A stretch of DNA of 64,000 nt from Epithemia pelagica (Eukaryota; Protista; Bacillariophyta), in NCBI GenBank assembly GCA_946965045.2, contig OX337239.1, forward strand, positions 2,356,001 to 2,420,000, written 5' to 3'. The notes under the pieces were generated by a model that searched no databases, was not told the DNA's origin, and saw only the letters and a program-made list of their open reading frames with translations. Shown piece after piece: positions 41,410-51,665 of the stretch. The position numbers and the translations under genes are program-made. Numbering within the stretch: the first letter of the stretch is position 1; each line of letters begins with the position of its first letter.

Positions 41410-44400
41410 AAAAAACAATAGTCTATTTTAACGCTGCCGCACTTACCCGCGCGGAGTAAGCCGACCGACGCGCCGGGCCTAAAAGAAGGCGAGGACTAGC
41501 TACCAGTGCGCTGGGCAGCGTGTTAGAAAAACGAGAAAAGGCTTGCAGAGCGAAGGATCACTGGCCTCCAGGTGTTAATCCAGGACCGAAGTGATATGGA
41601 AGACGTGTCAATGGTAAAATGTTGATCAAGCGAAGAATAAAACAAGGTCTGGTCAGATGGGTGAACAAGGTGGCGCATGTTGTACAGCGCGGTAACCTCC
41701 CGTTGGGCTTGGGCGTAGGCAGCAATTTCTTGAGTTTCAGGATTTGTGACATGGGTATCTTCGTTTCGGCGAAGCCAAAGACGATGAGCATGATGCCAGA
41801 TAATTTTGATGGAGCCAGATACGAAGAAGTGGCCACGGAGTTTCGGTGACGTGAAGTCGTGAGATTTGAGGTGGGAATCTTGAATGGACGCCCAGTGGGT
41901 GCTCATGCGACCATAAAAGAGCTGTTTCCAGCCAATGATATTTTGAGTGGTGAGTAAAGGATAGAGGTGGGAAGCATAGGATGTGGGAAGAGGAGTATCG
42001 TCCAACCAGTGATGAAGAGCGTCGGAAAACAAAGTCTGAAGGGCAGGAGCGACAGACTGGTCGTCCCAGTGAGAACGAAGATCATCGAGCATCGGACCAA
42101 GCCAAGATCGTCGCTGTGGACATCGCAGGAAATGCTCGGCATCTTCCAAGGTAGGGGTAGAACAGGCAGGACAATGGTCGACGTAGTACTCGGCGTACTT
42201 TGATTTCAGATTTCCTAGAGGCAGCCACTCGAAGATAAATTTCGACACGAAGTGTCGCCGAGAGAAGAATGCTCTATTGGCAATCCCGTGGGAGTACCAG
42301 TCGATAGTATCGATCACCGCTGGAGACCAATCGAATTTGTTGCAGAGATATTGACGGATCACTGGGTCTTGGGCGAGTCGGCGGATGACCGCTCGGTAAT
42401 TCGAATGAATCGTACCAAGAGGACAACGCAGAGTAACTGTGGAGCCTTCAATCAAAGGAGCACAGGTCGGAGTTTCCGTTGGAGGATATTTATAGGCAGA
42501 TGCTAACTCGTCAGCCTCCACATTCAACTGAGCCGGGAGAGGTAAGGTGCTAACAGGTTGAAACCTGTCTTGATGACCCTTAACATGGGAAATCGATGGC
42601 ATCGTAGGAAACTTTCGCAGCGATGTAGAAATACACTGTTGTAGATCCCAATCCGGATGCATGGTGCTATAGGGGAACTCAATAGACCAGTCAAGGCGCT
42701 TGAAAATTGTCTTGATAAGGCTCTCAGAGTCGGTGTACAAAGCAAGTGTTGACGGCAACTCGTATGCATGATACTCGCATAACCGTAATATAATGCGCAA
42801 GATAGCTAAGAATCCATAGCTTTCTGCACGGAACGAATTGGTTCGATAGCCTGGGGCCGGACCGTTGAGACCGAATAAACGCTGACCTTCCATCGTGCTG
42901 CAAACGCACCCGAATGTGCCTGTAAATTGTGGAGCAGACCCGTCACTACAAGTCACCAGCGAGACTTGACCTGAGAAGTTGAACACTGTCAGAAGGTCAT
43001 CAAGATCGGTGAGAATCCGAAAACCTTTCAGTAGTTGATTTTCCCAAGGGGGGAGGTCGTTGATGAAAGAATCAAAAGTGCGCAACCGTGGTGTGCTTGG
43101 AACAGAAAGTTGTCCTTGGTAAGGGAGAAGTGTGTAGCCATGACTGCTTGGGGATGTTTGAACTGGAATTGCCGTGGGGGGAAGATGCTGAGTGGTAAGA
43201 GGCGTAGACACAAACCTGGGATGAGTATACATATGTAATGTATAGGAGCCTTGTTCAAAGCGATAAAGCATGGCCTCGCTCGGAACAAGATATTCTTTCC
43301 ATTGTCTGTGAGTGGAGGAGCCAGTGACTAACCATTTTCCCAGCGGATCAGTCAAGACGTATCCGTGCAAAGTAAGGGAGGCGAATTCTTCCAGGAACCG
43401 TTGCCATAGGGTCCAAGCTCGAGTGCTAGGACGATCTTGATATGGAAGGAGACCTTTGGCCGTTGATGTGGGGGTGTCTTGACCTTGAATCGCGAAGGAC
43501 TCGATCATATCGCCCTTTGGTGATGTGATATCACTCACTAGGGTAACGCCGAGAAAAAGCCGACAGGCGTTTATTAGCTGGAGTTCGAGATCAGAGAATT
43601 GCCCTGAGATAGCAGCGTCCATCAGAAACTTGTCGTGTTCTCGCTGCAAGGGGGGACGGAAATCAGTAGCTAGGTCAATACTGCAATCAATACGAGAGAG
43701 GAAGTCCCGTACTTGAGGTAGCCATGTCATCGGCTCTAGATGTGGAAGAGGTGGATTAGGGTTGGACAAAATGGGAAAGCTTGTGCCAGCTAGATACTGA
43801 CCCCACGAAATGGCAATTTGGGATAGATCTGCTGCAACGCCTGAGGATCGTAAGCATGCTAGAAAGCAGTAGATCTGGCTTACTCCTCTCTCTGTAGATA
43901 GTGCTCGAAGTCCCAGACCACCATACTCTGTCGCTCCATACACAACCGCATTCGGCATGTTCCTGTTATAGCCGTACTTTGGGAGGAAGGCGGCTTTAAA
44001 CTTGCGTTGTAGTTTGTCGCAATGATCGTCAGAAATCGTCAAAGATGGGAATGGATATGTAATACTCGGTAGATATATTGAGTGGTAGTACGACCATGCG
44101 TCTGTCTTGGTGAAGGGACTCCTCGCAATAACCTGGGCATGTGCTGTATTCTTTTTATCCAATGCAACATATAATTGTTTGTTTGTTGATGTAGGTGCCT
44201 TCTGTGCACCAAGCGTCTTGTGGCTAGCATAGGCAGATAATTGTTTGAGTGGAGTAGGTGGTTCGTCTGGCGTGAATTGGATTGTTATTGAGGGACCAAA
44301 ACTTCCGGCCGTGGGTAAGGCAAGTCCGTCCAGAGTAAATTTGTAGTGGAGGAAATGATACGAACACTTTTTGTTGTTGAGTGCACCTCCGGAGAGAGAA

Positions 44401-46794
44401 AGTAAAGAGTTCCAACGGCGTGCATCGGCGGTTGCCCGTTCGATATAATGTTCGACAGGGGCTGGTTCGGGTAGATGAAAGTCATTGACACTACCGCTAG
44501 TGTCATCGACGAAGCCAACCATGAAAACGCGTGTCGTGATCTTGCAGTCTGGAGAAGTGAAAGTTGCACCATGGGCGGATTCATCATACGTTTCAAATAA
44601 CATAGTGCTGATGACACACCACAAAGCCGGGGAGTTCCCTGCTCCTTGTCCTGAGCCATAAATTGGATACAGCAAACAATGCTTATAGTGTCTTTCTGAG
44701 ACACCAAGTTGGGTTTTAAGGTAATATTTCGCTTCTTCAAGGGTGCGTGCGTTGATGAACGCAATGGAACGGTGTTGACCAAAGGTACGAGAAACAAGAC
44801 TGCCCAAGTTCATCGTAATCCGGTCATAACAAGCGGTTGCGTCGTAGTCTAGGTGGACTAGAGGACGTTTAGTTGCTCTTGATATTTCGTATTGTAACTC
44901 TTCGATCAGAGTCGGTAGTACGGCATCTTTGCCCGGGACTCCTCCAAACTGGGTCGGATGGAGTAGTTGATTGTTGGTGCTCTGACGAATAAGATCGCGC
45001 CATTTAATTGCCAGGATCAGGTTGTAGTCCTGTTCATACAGGTGTATTACCCGCAGCCGGTTGATTTTGAAGTTGTTGGGTTCTTTCAAGATCATAACAT
45101 TTACAACATGTTGCCACCGTTCGTAGGAGTAGTTGTTTTTGATTGCGATGTTGATCAAATCAACTTGCCACTCAATTAATTTGGTTCGTATTTGCTCTAG
45201 TTCTCTTCCTTCGTCGGATTTGGGATCAAGATCGTGACCGCCAATCAAGGCCTTACTGTGGCTCAGATGAAAACCTGACGGAGATGTTGACGTAGATTCG
45301 GGCCAACTCTTTATCTTTCCGACCCAATCGTCGATACTGATTGTTGGCTTGATGCTGTCCAGAGTGGTCCGTGCCTTCATATGTTTCACTAGGCGTGTTG
45401 AGAGGTCGTCTAATTCATCGCTGTCCCAATTTCCTTCTAGTATCAACTCGGCTGTGTGAGAAGAAGAACCCCAATCTACCCATTTGGAGAAAGGCGGAAT
45501 CGTGGGGAAGGTATTGCTTGCTTGTCCAAAATGCCGTTGATTACGTTGAAGTAATCTTTCTTCAATGTCGGCAGGAGTGTCTATAGTTATCCACTCTGTA
45601 CAGTTGTCGTAGTCTGTAGTATCTGGATCTGCTGGTACGTTGAGGCGGGTGATGCCAGACTTCTCATTGCCGCGGCATTGCCGGATTTTGGCGTACATTT
45701 GCTTGGTGCGTTCGGCTGCGATTCTATGCCGTATGGCTTTGACAGTTGGTTTGTCTCCGCTTTGTTCTGCTTCTTGTAATCTTGCCTTTTGTTCGTTGAC
45801 ACGTCGAGAGATGGCCGTCTTCGTCATTTCAGTAATTTGTCTTTGAATGGAGCGAAGTTGTGTTTTGCATTCGTCCAGCGTCGATGGAATTTCAAACTCG
45901 ATACCTTTGTCGTAACAATGTTGTATCCCCGAGGCGTAGGAGCGACGTAAGCGTATTTGCGAGATCGTCTTGAGCAGAATGTTCTTTTTGACTCTGAGTT
46001 CTGCGAGCGCTTTAACATATGCTGTGTTTGTTGGCTTCTTTTTACAGCGTTTGGCTGCTACTTTGCCGCTTCGTTGAAAGTCACGATCTAGTTGCTCTGC
46101 CATTGTTGGATCGAATGATTCCTTGACTGCTTTTAAACGTGCTTCGAAGTTGTGTTGTGTTAGGTACTTGTATTTTTGTTGCATGTAGATTCGATTGGCG
46201 CTCCTATCTTTGCTCGTGAATTCTCTTGTCGCGATGGAACCCAAAGGTTGTGTGTCGTTGCCGAATAAACTGACGGTGTTGAAATCGATCATAAAGCTGC
46301 GGTGATCGCCTTTTGTACGATGACCGAAAGGTTCATAGCATCCTTGTCTCGCGGCGCTTGCAATCCAGTCTGAGCATAGAACAAAGTCAATTCGTTTTGT
46401 TCCTTTGACGTATGTGGCGAAATTTGTGCGTCCTGTAAGTTGGAGCATCAGATCACATAGGTAACAGTCGGAGCATAATTTCGAGATGTTCTCCGAATCG
46501 TCGGTGAGTGCTTCGTTGAAGTCACCGAACAAAAGAATTCCTGAGTTTTGTTCTTGGCGTTCTTGGATAAAATTCATGAGATCTGCTATAAATGCTCTTC
46601 TTGGTGTTTCATAACGATCCAGTTGGCGTAGCATACTGGTTTGTTGTGCTGTCGTAGTGAAGGATTTGCGACGATTCGTTGTTTCGTCTACAAGACTCTG
46701 GACGCACGGTTGGTATGCAGAGATAACAGTGATAGTTCGGTGGTTCCTGCAAGAAAGTATCTGATAGCTCCAACGGCCCATAGGATCGGAACCT
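41410..46794 (-). mobile_element. 5'-truncated Ambal-clade non-LTR retrotransposon (second family)
   Basis: Perfect 20-bp TSD GATTTGGTTCTCGGTATAAA at 41390-41409 and 46795-46814; starts mid-APE (DPMGRW); oligo-T 3' end. Confidence 0.92.
41523..46781 (-). CDS. Truncated LINE ORF2 (partial APE, RT, RNase H, CCHC)
   Basis: SAYQP, FGDFNE, GDHR; DYDATACYDRI, GQGAGNSP, FVDDT; SDGS, RAESYG, TDSES, HVKGHQD; CPAC...EDAEHFLRC. Confidence 0.93.
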   Translation of the reverse strand: MGRWSYQILSCRNHRTITVISAYQPCVQSLVDETTNRRKSFTTTAQQTSMLRQLDRYETPRRAFIADLMNFIQERQEQNSGILLFGDFNEALTDDSENISKLCSDCYLCDLMLQLTGRTNFATYVKGTKRIDFVLCSDWIASAARQGCYEPFGHRTKGDHRSFMIDFNTVSLFGNDTQPLGSIATREFTSKDRSANRIYMQQKYKYLTQHNFEARLKAVKESFDPTMAEQLDRDFQRSGKVAAKRCKKKPTNTAYVKALAELRVKKNILLKTISQIRLRRSYASGIQHCYDKGIEFEIPSTLDECKTQLRSIQRQITEMTKTAISRRVNEQKARLQEAEQSGDKPTVKAIRHRIAAERTKQMYAKIRQCRGNEKSGITRLNVPADPDTTDYDNCTEWITIDTPADIEERLLQRNQRHFGQASNTFPTIPPFSKWVDWGSSSHTAELILEGNWDSDELDDLSTRLVKHMKARTTLDSIKPTISIDDWVGKIKSWPESTSTSPSGFHLSHSKALIGGHDLDPKSDEGRELEQIRTKLIEWQVDLINIAIKNNYSYERWQHVVNVMILKEPNNFKINRLRVIHLYEQDYNLILAIKWRDLIRQSTNNQLLHPTQFGGVPGKDAVLPTLIEELQYEISRATKRPLVHLDYDATACYDRITMNLGSLVSRTFGQHRSIAFINARTLEEAKYYLKTQLGVSERHYKHCLLYPIYGSGQGAGNSPALWCVISTMLFETYDESAHGATFTSPDCKITTRVFMVGFVDDTSGSVNDFHLPEPAPVEHYIERATADARRWNSLLSLSGGALNNKKCSYHFLHYKFTLDGLALPTAGSFGPSITIQFTPDEPPTPLKQLSAYASHKTLGAQKAPTSTNKQLYVALDKKNTAHAQVIARSPFTKTDAWSYYHSIYLPSITYPFPSLTISDDHCDKLQRKFKAAFLPKYGYNRNMPNAVVYGATEYGGLGLRALSTERGVSQIYCFLACLRSSGVAADLSQIAISWGQYLAGTSFPILSNPNPPLPHLEPMTWLPQVRDFLSRIDCSIDLATDFRPPLQREHDKFLMDAAISGQFSDLELQLINACRLFLGVTLVSDITSPKGDMIESFAIQGQDTPTSTAKGLLPYQDRPSTRAWTLWQRFLEEFASLTLHGYVLTDPLGKWLVTGSSTHRQWKEYLVPSEAMLYRFEQGSYTLHMYTHPRFVSTPLTTQHLPPTAIPVQTSPSSHGYTLLPYQGQLSVPSTPRLRTFDSFINDLPPWENQLLKGFRILTDLDDLLTVFNFSGQVSLVTCSDGSAPQFTGTFGCVCSTMEGQRLFGLNGPAPGYRTNSFRAESYGFLAILRIILRLCEYHAYELPSTLALYTDSESLIKTIFKRLDWSIEFPYSTMHPDWDLQQCISTSLRKFPTMPSISHVKGHQDRFQPVSTLPLPAQLNVEADELASAYKYPPTETPTCAPLIEGSTVTLRCPLGTIHSNYRAVIRRLAQDPVIRQYLCNKFDWSPAVIDTIDWYSHGIANRAFFSRRHFVSKFIFEWLPLGNLKSKYAEYYVDHCPACSTPTLEDAEHFLRCPQRRSWLGPMLDDLRSHWDDQSVAPALQTLFSDALHHWLDDTPLPTSYASHLYPLLTTQNIIGWKQLFYGRMSTHWASIQDSHLKSHDFTSPKLRGHFFVSGSIKIIWHHAHRLWLRRNEDTHVTNPETQEIAAYAQAQREVTALYNMRHLVHPSDQTLFYSSLDQHFTIDTSSISLRSWINTWRPVILRSASLFSFF

Positions 46795-46973
46795 GATTTG
46801 GTTCTCGGTATAAATGATGATGTGTCGGCCGACGTGCGACCTCAATGGCCATCATGGTCGCTTACAGGGCTTTGAGTCGCAAAAAAGGACCACCGCTGCC
46901 TGGCTTGCCTTCCACGTGGAATTTGATATCGATTGGGTGTCATCCATGTCAATGTCAACTAGGTACTCCTATC

Positions 46974-48098
46974 TTATCCTGAACTATTATGGCTTACTCC
47001 GAGTTTCCACCAGAGATTCATTTGTATCGTTTTGGTCTCATCGCCTTTGAGTTGCCCCCTGCAAAAGGAATAAAGCCGTTGGGCAATGTCTTGATTGGTT
47101 CGGATCACTGTGTCCGACCCGGGCAATGGATGGCCTGCCCAGTTCCCAACAACTTCCAGAAAGAACCCTGCATTGGATAACTGATTGGCAGCGTTGCGCA
47201 TGGCCTCGTGATTATTTGTTTCACATTTGAATTCCATAAAGATATTTTTGACATTTCCGGACTGCAACAAGTCCTTGGCTCCATTCAATACGGCAGCATC
47301 ATGACCTTCAACGTCAATTTTGAGCAGTGATATTTCCGAGTTAAAAAACCCTGCTGTCTGTGCCATTTCATCGAGGGTCACCACTGGAACGTCTTCCACT
47401 GTTGTTGTCTGCCCCCCTCGTGAGTTGGCAGGGTCCACAAGCTGAGCTGACCCCAGAGCGCCGGGAGAATAGGATAAGCTGAGTGTAGTGTGTCGATCAC
47501 TCACACCATACTTGTAGAGATGAATGCGTGTTGCAGGAAATTGATTGAGCTTGACTGATTCGCAAAACCGCAACCGATTCATTGGGTTGGGCTCAAAGCT
47601 ATGCACCGTTTGGTTGTGTGCCAGAGCCCACAAACTGAACCAGCCAATGTTCATTCCGACATCCACAAGTACACCGCCGCCGTGGGGTATTTCTTCAAAG
47701 ATTGCCTTGGCATGGCGTGTCACTCCCCTCTCATAATAGTCTCCCGTCTCCAGAATACCCCAACGGACTCCGTCTGTTTTCTTGTTGTGGATGGAAATTC
47801 CAAAGGCAGGACGTGTTGTGGTACTCCTGGCGTAGAGAGGGAATGTGGGCGAGCTTCCATTGATTGCGTTTGGATCTTGGATGGTGCCGTTTTGCACTTG
47901 ATCAAAGAGCTCCACACATTCACCCGGAATGACGTTGTACTGTTCCGTTTGCAATGGCGCAATGATTGCCATATCTCTGGTCGTCCAGAACGGTAGTTCC
48001 GAAAGTGATACCCAAACAGTTGTCATGCTCCAGGCTATCATGGACACGAAAAGGAATGCAATAAGGACTTTTCTTGTCACCCACTCCATTGGAAACAT
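46974..48098 (-). CDS. FkbM-family methyltransferase with N-terminal membrane anchor
   Basis: VDVGMNIGWFSL, HSFEPNP, LLKIDVEGHD; ATG at 48098; TM helix follows. Confidence 0.85.
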   Translation of the reverse strand: MFPMEWVTRKVLIAFLFVSMIAWSMTTVWVSLSELPFWTTRDMAIIAPLQTEQYNVIPGECVELFDQVQNGTIQDPNAINGSSPTFPLYARSTTTRPAFGISIHNKKTDGVRWGILETGDYYERGVTRHAKAIFEEIPHGGGVLVDVGMNIGWFSLWALAHNQTVHSFEPNPMNRLRFCESVKLNQFPATRIHLYKYGVSDRHTTLSLSYSPGALGSAQLVDPANSRGGQTTTVEDVPVVTLDEMAQTAGFFNSEISLLKIDVEGHDAAVLNGAKDLLQSGNVKNIFMEFKCETNNHEAMRNAANQLSNAGFFLEVVGNWAGHPLPGSDTVIRTNQDIAQRLYSFCRGQLKGDETKTIQMNLWWKLGVSHNSSG

Positions 48099-48611
48099 GC
48101 CAGGTTCAGAGAAGTAGGATAGAATATCAAGCAATATCTCGTTTCGTGACAAGCAATGTCGTCTTTTGTGTTGTTGCTCGAAAAAAGTGAGACGATGCTG
48201 CCATACCCATGTAAAATAGCACGGTATAAAAATTGTGATTTAGGAATTACGAGGAACGAGCGACCAGGTGCGAGTGGAGGGAGTCTAGACTACACCAGGC
48301 CGGCGCGTTAGCGAACGGAAAGTAGAATACTTCCGGAAACCTAGGATGATAGATGAAAACTAAACTAGCCTTCACACTCTTTGCTGTTTCGGTTTTCTGA
48401 TACACACCTACTAAGCCGTGTCTTTACCATCTGGTTCCGATTCCACCAAGGTTGCATCCGGAAGCTTTTTGAAATTTCGCCGCCAAGACGACGAGAATCG
48501 AAAAGCCGAAAGATCGAAAGATCTGGTGATCCTCCTCTTCCCTTCCCCCGCGGTAGCCTACAAGTCCAAGCCCAACAGCGAGTCCTTGTCCCTATTGCCC
48601 AATAGTTGAAG

Positions 48612-51600
48612 ATGAAGCTCTCCACCTTGTCCATCGCACCTCCTGTTGAAGACGTAGCCGAAGCGGGTACGACCGGATCCGGCCAAGAGACGAATAACAA
48701 CGACCTTAATCGCAGGGAGGAAAAACTGCGATTGCTGGTACAAAGCTTGGCCGAAGAAGTCTCGGAAAGGTTCGTGCCTGCCCCAACTGCAGACAAACGC
48801 ACTGTTGATGCTATCAACGGCATCAGTGATTTCAAAACCCGTTGCCGATGGGCCGAGTTCTGGAGAAACGATCACAAGGATCGAGTGGAAACGGAGCAAG
48901 CCGTCTGGGCGAGCTACTACCACAACAATCCAACACTTCTCTCAGACGCCCAATGGGACCGCTCCCTCATGGACCCAGAGTGGCAGTGGCCCGACCCCTT
49001 CTCGAAGAAAAACTACGAAGAAGAACTTGAAGAAGAGGAAAAGAACTTATTCACGTCTGGTTTTATGAGCGGCGTGAAACCTGAACACAAAAAGAAGAGC
49101 GCCCCCATCGGCTCAAACGAACTCGAATGTTTCCTTAAGCAAGTTGAAGAGGCTATCATAGCTGAATCCTTAGCCAACAAAAAGAATCGAAACGAGAACA
49201 AACTCTCACTCGAGTTCAAGGACTTGCTAACCCAACTGAAAGAGAACGACATGGTCGTAATTCCAACGGACAAAACCAACTCCTTTACAATTATGTCTAC
49301 ACGTCAATACGCAAAAGAAATCAAGATCCACCTCTCCAAAAGCGCCGTCAAAATCCCAAAATCCAAACTCAGCGAAATCGTTGAAAACTGCTACGCATTC
49401 CTGACCGAACTCGACCCCTACCTCTCCACCAACGAACGGAACTTCCTAAAGGAGAAAATTGAGTCGAAAGCAGTTCCCAATCCGAAAATCCTCGTCAAGA
49501 ACCACAAAAAACAAAACGCCGATGGTACATTCCCAACCCGCCTAGTCGTCCCAGCAACGAATTTCACGGCCGGCTTCCCCAAGATTGGTTACCTTGGAAT
49601 CAAACACCTCCTCGACAAACACGAAGTCGAGTATGGTTCCAAAAACATAATCCAATCATCCGATCTGAAACAGAAACTGGAATATCTCTCCTTCAACATG
49701 TCCAACTCCACAATTGTGTCGGTAGACGCCGAAGCTATGTACCCGTCCATAAAATTCCAACTAATTTATGACGCGGTTCAATACTACGCTGAGGCTCTAC
49801 CACCCGAGACACACAGGACAATCAACCTTTGTTTGGATCTAATCTTCTTTGGCATGACCAACACGATTATTGCATTCAAAGATGAATACTTCCTATACGA
49901 CGGTGATCTTAAACCGGAGGAAAGGGGGCTCACGATTGGAGGGTACGAGTCAGCCTGGCTAGCCGACCTCGTTATTTCGTTCCTACTCGAAGCAACCTAC
50001 GACGCCATGTTCGACCCGATGCACTACTTTGGGATCTACCGAGATGACGGTCTAGCCGTATTCAAAGGGAAACAATCGACTGAAGGAGTTCAAAAGTGGA
50101 TCGAAGCTTTTCAACAAGACATCAACGACATCGCTGGCAATGATTTCTTGAAATTCACCGCCACCATTTGGGATCCATTGAACGAACACAACCTGGACTC
50201 CATCACCAACCAATCAGTGTCAATTGAGAAAACACCAGCCTTTCCCTTCTTGGACATGGAAATGTTTTGGCACGACAACGGAAATTTGGCCTACAAAGTC
50301 CATCTGAAACCGAACCAACAACTCAAATACCTCAACAGAGGTAGCGCTCACACCCCGGGATGCTTCAAAGCAATCCCAAACAGGGTGATGAAACGCCTGA
50401 CGAAACTAACCTCGGTGGACGAAAGCAACCACGACTCCAGACTGGACGAACTCTACCCCGTCCATTTTGCAGCTCTGGAACACTCCAAACTTGTCAAACC
50501 AAACTCAACCCCCACCCTAGGCAAACTAGCCAAGAAAATGGAATCGGAAAAACTGGACACGGCCTCACAAGCTCTCAAAAAACGACGCGAGAGAGACCGC
50601 AAACGAGCGATTTACTTTAAGATTGGGTATTCTGATTTTTGGAAGAAACCAATCCACAAGACGCTCAAGGATATTAAAAGCCGGTTCCCGTCGTTATCCT
50701 GGTTGAGGATCTCGATGTCCTATCACCGCTTCACCAACATCCGGGAGCACTTCCAGGGGGATCTCAACTCCAAGTTGAATGACGGCCTACGATCCTTGGA
50801 CTTTGAGGATCTTGACTGTAACTGTCGGAACCGTGAAGCCTGCCCCTACGGAGGCTTCTGCAGACGTTCTATCGTGGTCTATAAGGCCACCTGCCTCAAA
50901 ACCGGCAAACAATATATTGGCAACACTCAACAACACGTAAAGAAGAGAATCCAACAACATGTCCAAGATGTGAAACAGTTAGTTCTCAAAGACAAGACTT
51001 CCGACTCATTCGCGAGCCACTTCGCTTGCTTCGTTCCCAAAGATACCGAGAAGAAGGAGATCAAGAACCATGTCCGCCTCAAAGTGGACATTTTGTGGCA
51101 AGGAAAACCACTCTCCACAGTAAAAACTTTTGGGACAAAATCCTGCAAACTCTGTGCACGTGAACGCCTGGAAATTCTCAAATTCACGAGCAAACACCCC
51201 AACCTAGCAATCAACAAATGCAACGAAATCTACGGAGCATGCCGCCACAAACCGCGGTTTCACCGGTTCCCACCCAACAACAACGCCCCCAGCACTGATG
51301 AGTCGACAAACGACGAAAGAGTCCTAGTCTGCCGCCCAGTGTCTACCTCGTCGTCCCAGTCAAACACCTCGTTTTTCTCGTGGACCTCCTCCCAGTCGCC
51401 TACCACTCGACTTTCAACCTCAAATGATGATTTTGATCAAGGATTGGATGGGAGGAGCAGCAGTATCATAGATACTGTGCCCCCCATGACCTACCAAGAA
51501 CGACGGATCGAAGGACTCCGCGCTAGGTTCGGCTTTAGCACACCAAAGGACACACCTCCAGTGGTGGTCTATGGCGAAAACGACCTAGAGGAACTAACCC

Positions 51601-51665
51601 CGACCGACCCCTTGACTACTGATGAGTTTGATACGAGCGACCAGGTGCGAGTGGAGGGAGTCTAG
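48612..51665 (+). CDS. Penelope RT and GIY-YIG endonuclease
   Basis: SVDAEAMYPSI, GLTIGG, YRDDG, FLDM; CNC..C..GFC linker; VVYKATC..YIGNT..RIQQH. Confidence 0.93.
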   Translation: MKLSTLSIAPPVEDVAEAGTTGSGQETNNNDLNRREEKLRLLVQSLAEEVSERFVPAPTADKRTVDAINGISDFKTRCRWAEFWRNDHKDRVETEQAVWASYYHNNPTLLSDAQWDRSLMDPEWQWPDPFSKKNYEEELEEEEKNLFTSGFMSGVKPEHKKKSAPIGSNELECFLKQVEEAIIAESLANKKNRNENKLSLEFKDLLTQLKENDMVVIPTDKTNSFTIMSTRQYAKEIKIHLSKSAVKIPKSKLSEIVENCYAFLTELDPYLSTNERNFLKEKIESKAVPNPKILVKNHKKQNADGTFPTRLVVPATNFTAGFPKIGYLGIKHLLDKHEVEYGSKNIIQSSDLKQKLEYLSFNMSNSTIVSVDAEAMYPSIKFQLIYDAVQYYAEALPPETHRTINLCLDLIFFGMTNTIIAFKDEYFLYDGDLKPEERGLTIGGYESAWLADLVISFLLEATYDAMFDPMHYFGIYRDDGLAVFKGKQSTEGVQKWIEAFQQDINDIAGNDFLKFTATIWDPLNEHNLDSITNQSVSIEKTPAFPFLDMEMFWHDNGNLAYKVHLKPNQQLKYLNRGSAHTPGCFKAIPNRVMKRLTKLTSVDESNHDSRLDELYPVHFAALEHSKLVKPNSTPTLGKLAKKMESEKLDTASQALKKRRERDRKRAIYFKIGYSDFWKKPIHKTLKDIKSRFPSLSWLRISMSYHRFTNIREHFQGDLNSKLNDGLRSLDFEDLDCNCRNREACPYGGFCRRSIVVYKATCLKTGKQYIGNTQQHVKKRIQQHVQDVKQLVLKDKTSDSFASHFACFVPKDTEKKEIKNHVRLKVDILWQGKPLSTVKTFGTKSCKLCARERLEILKFTSKHPNLAINKCNEIYGACRHKPRFHRFPPNNNAPSTDESTNDERVLVCRPVSTSSSQSNTSFFSWTSSQSPTTRLSTSNDDFDQGLDGRSSSIIDTVPPMTYQERRIEGLRARFGFSTPKDTPPVVVYGENDLEELTPTDPLTTDEFDTSDQVRVEGV
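51291..51332 (+). ncRNA. Candidate minimal type-I hammerhead ribozyme in the PLE
   Basis: CTGATGA-GTCG-ACAAA-CGAC-GAAA-GAGTC(CTAGTC)TGC: core and stem II are perfect; stems I and III are minimal or imperfect. Confidence 0.55.

Noticed and set aside
41425-41530. Twister ribozyme in the LINE 3' UTR
   Set aside because: The UAAC-ACGCUGCC start is only a superficial match; the conserved GUCYYAAGC loop and pseudoknots are missing.
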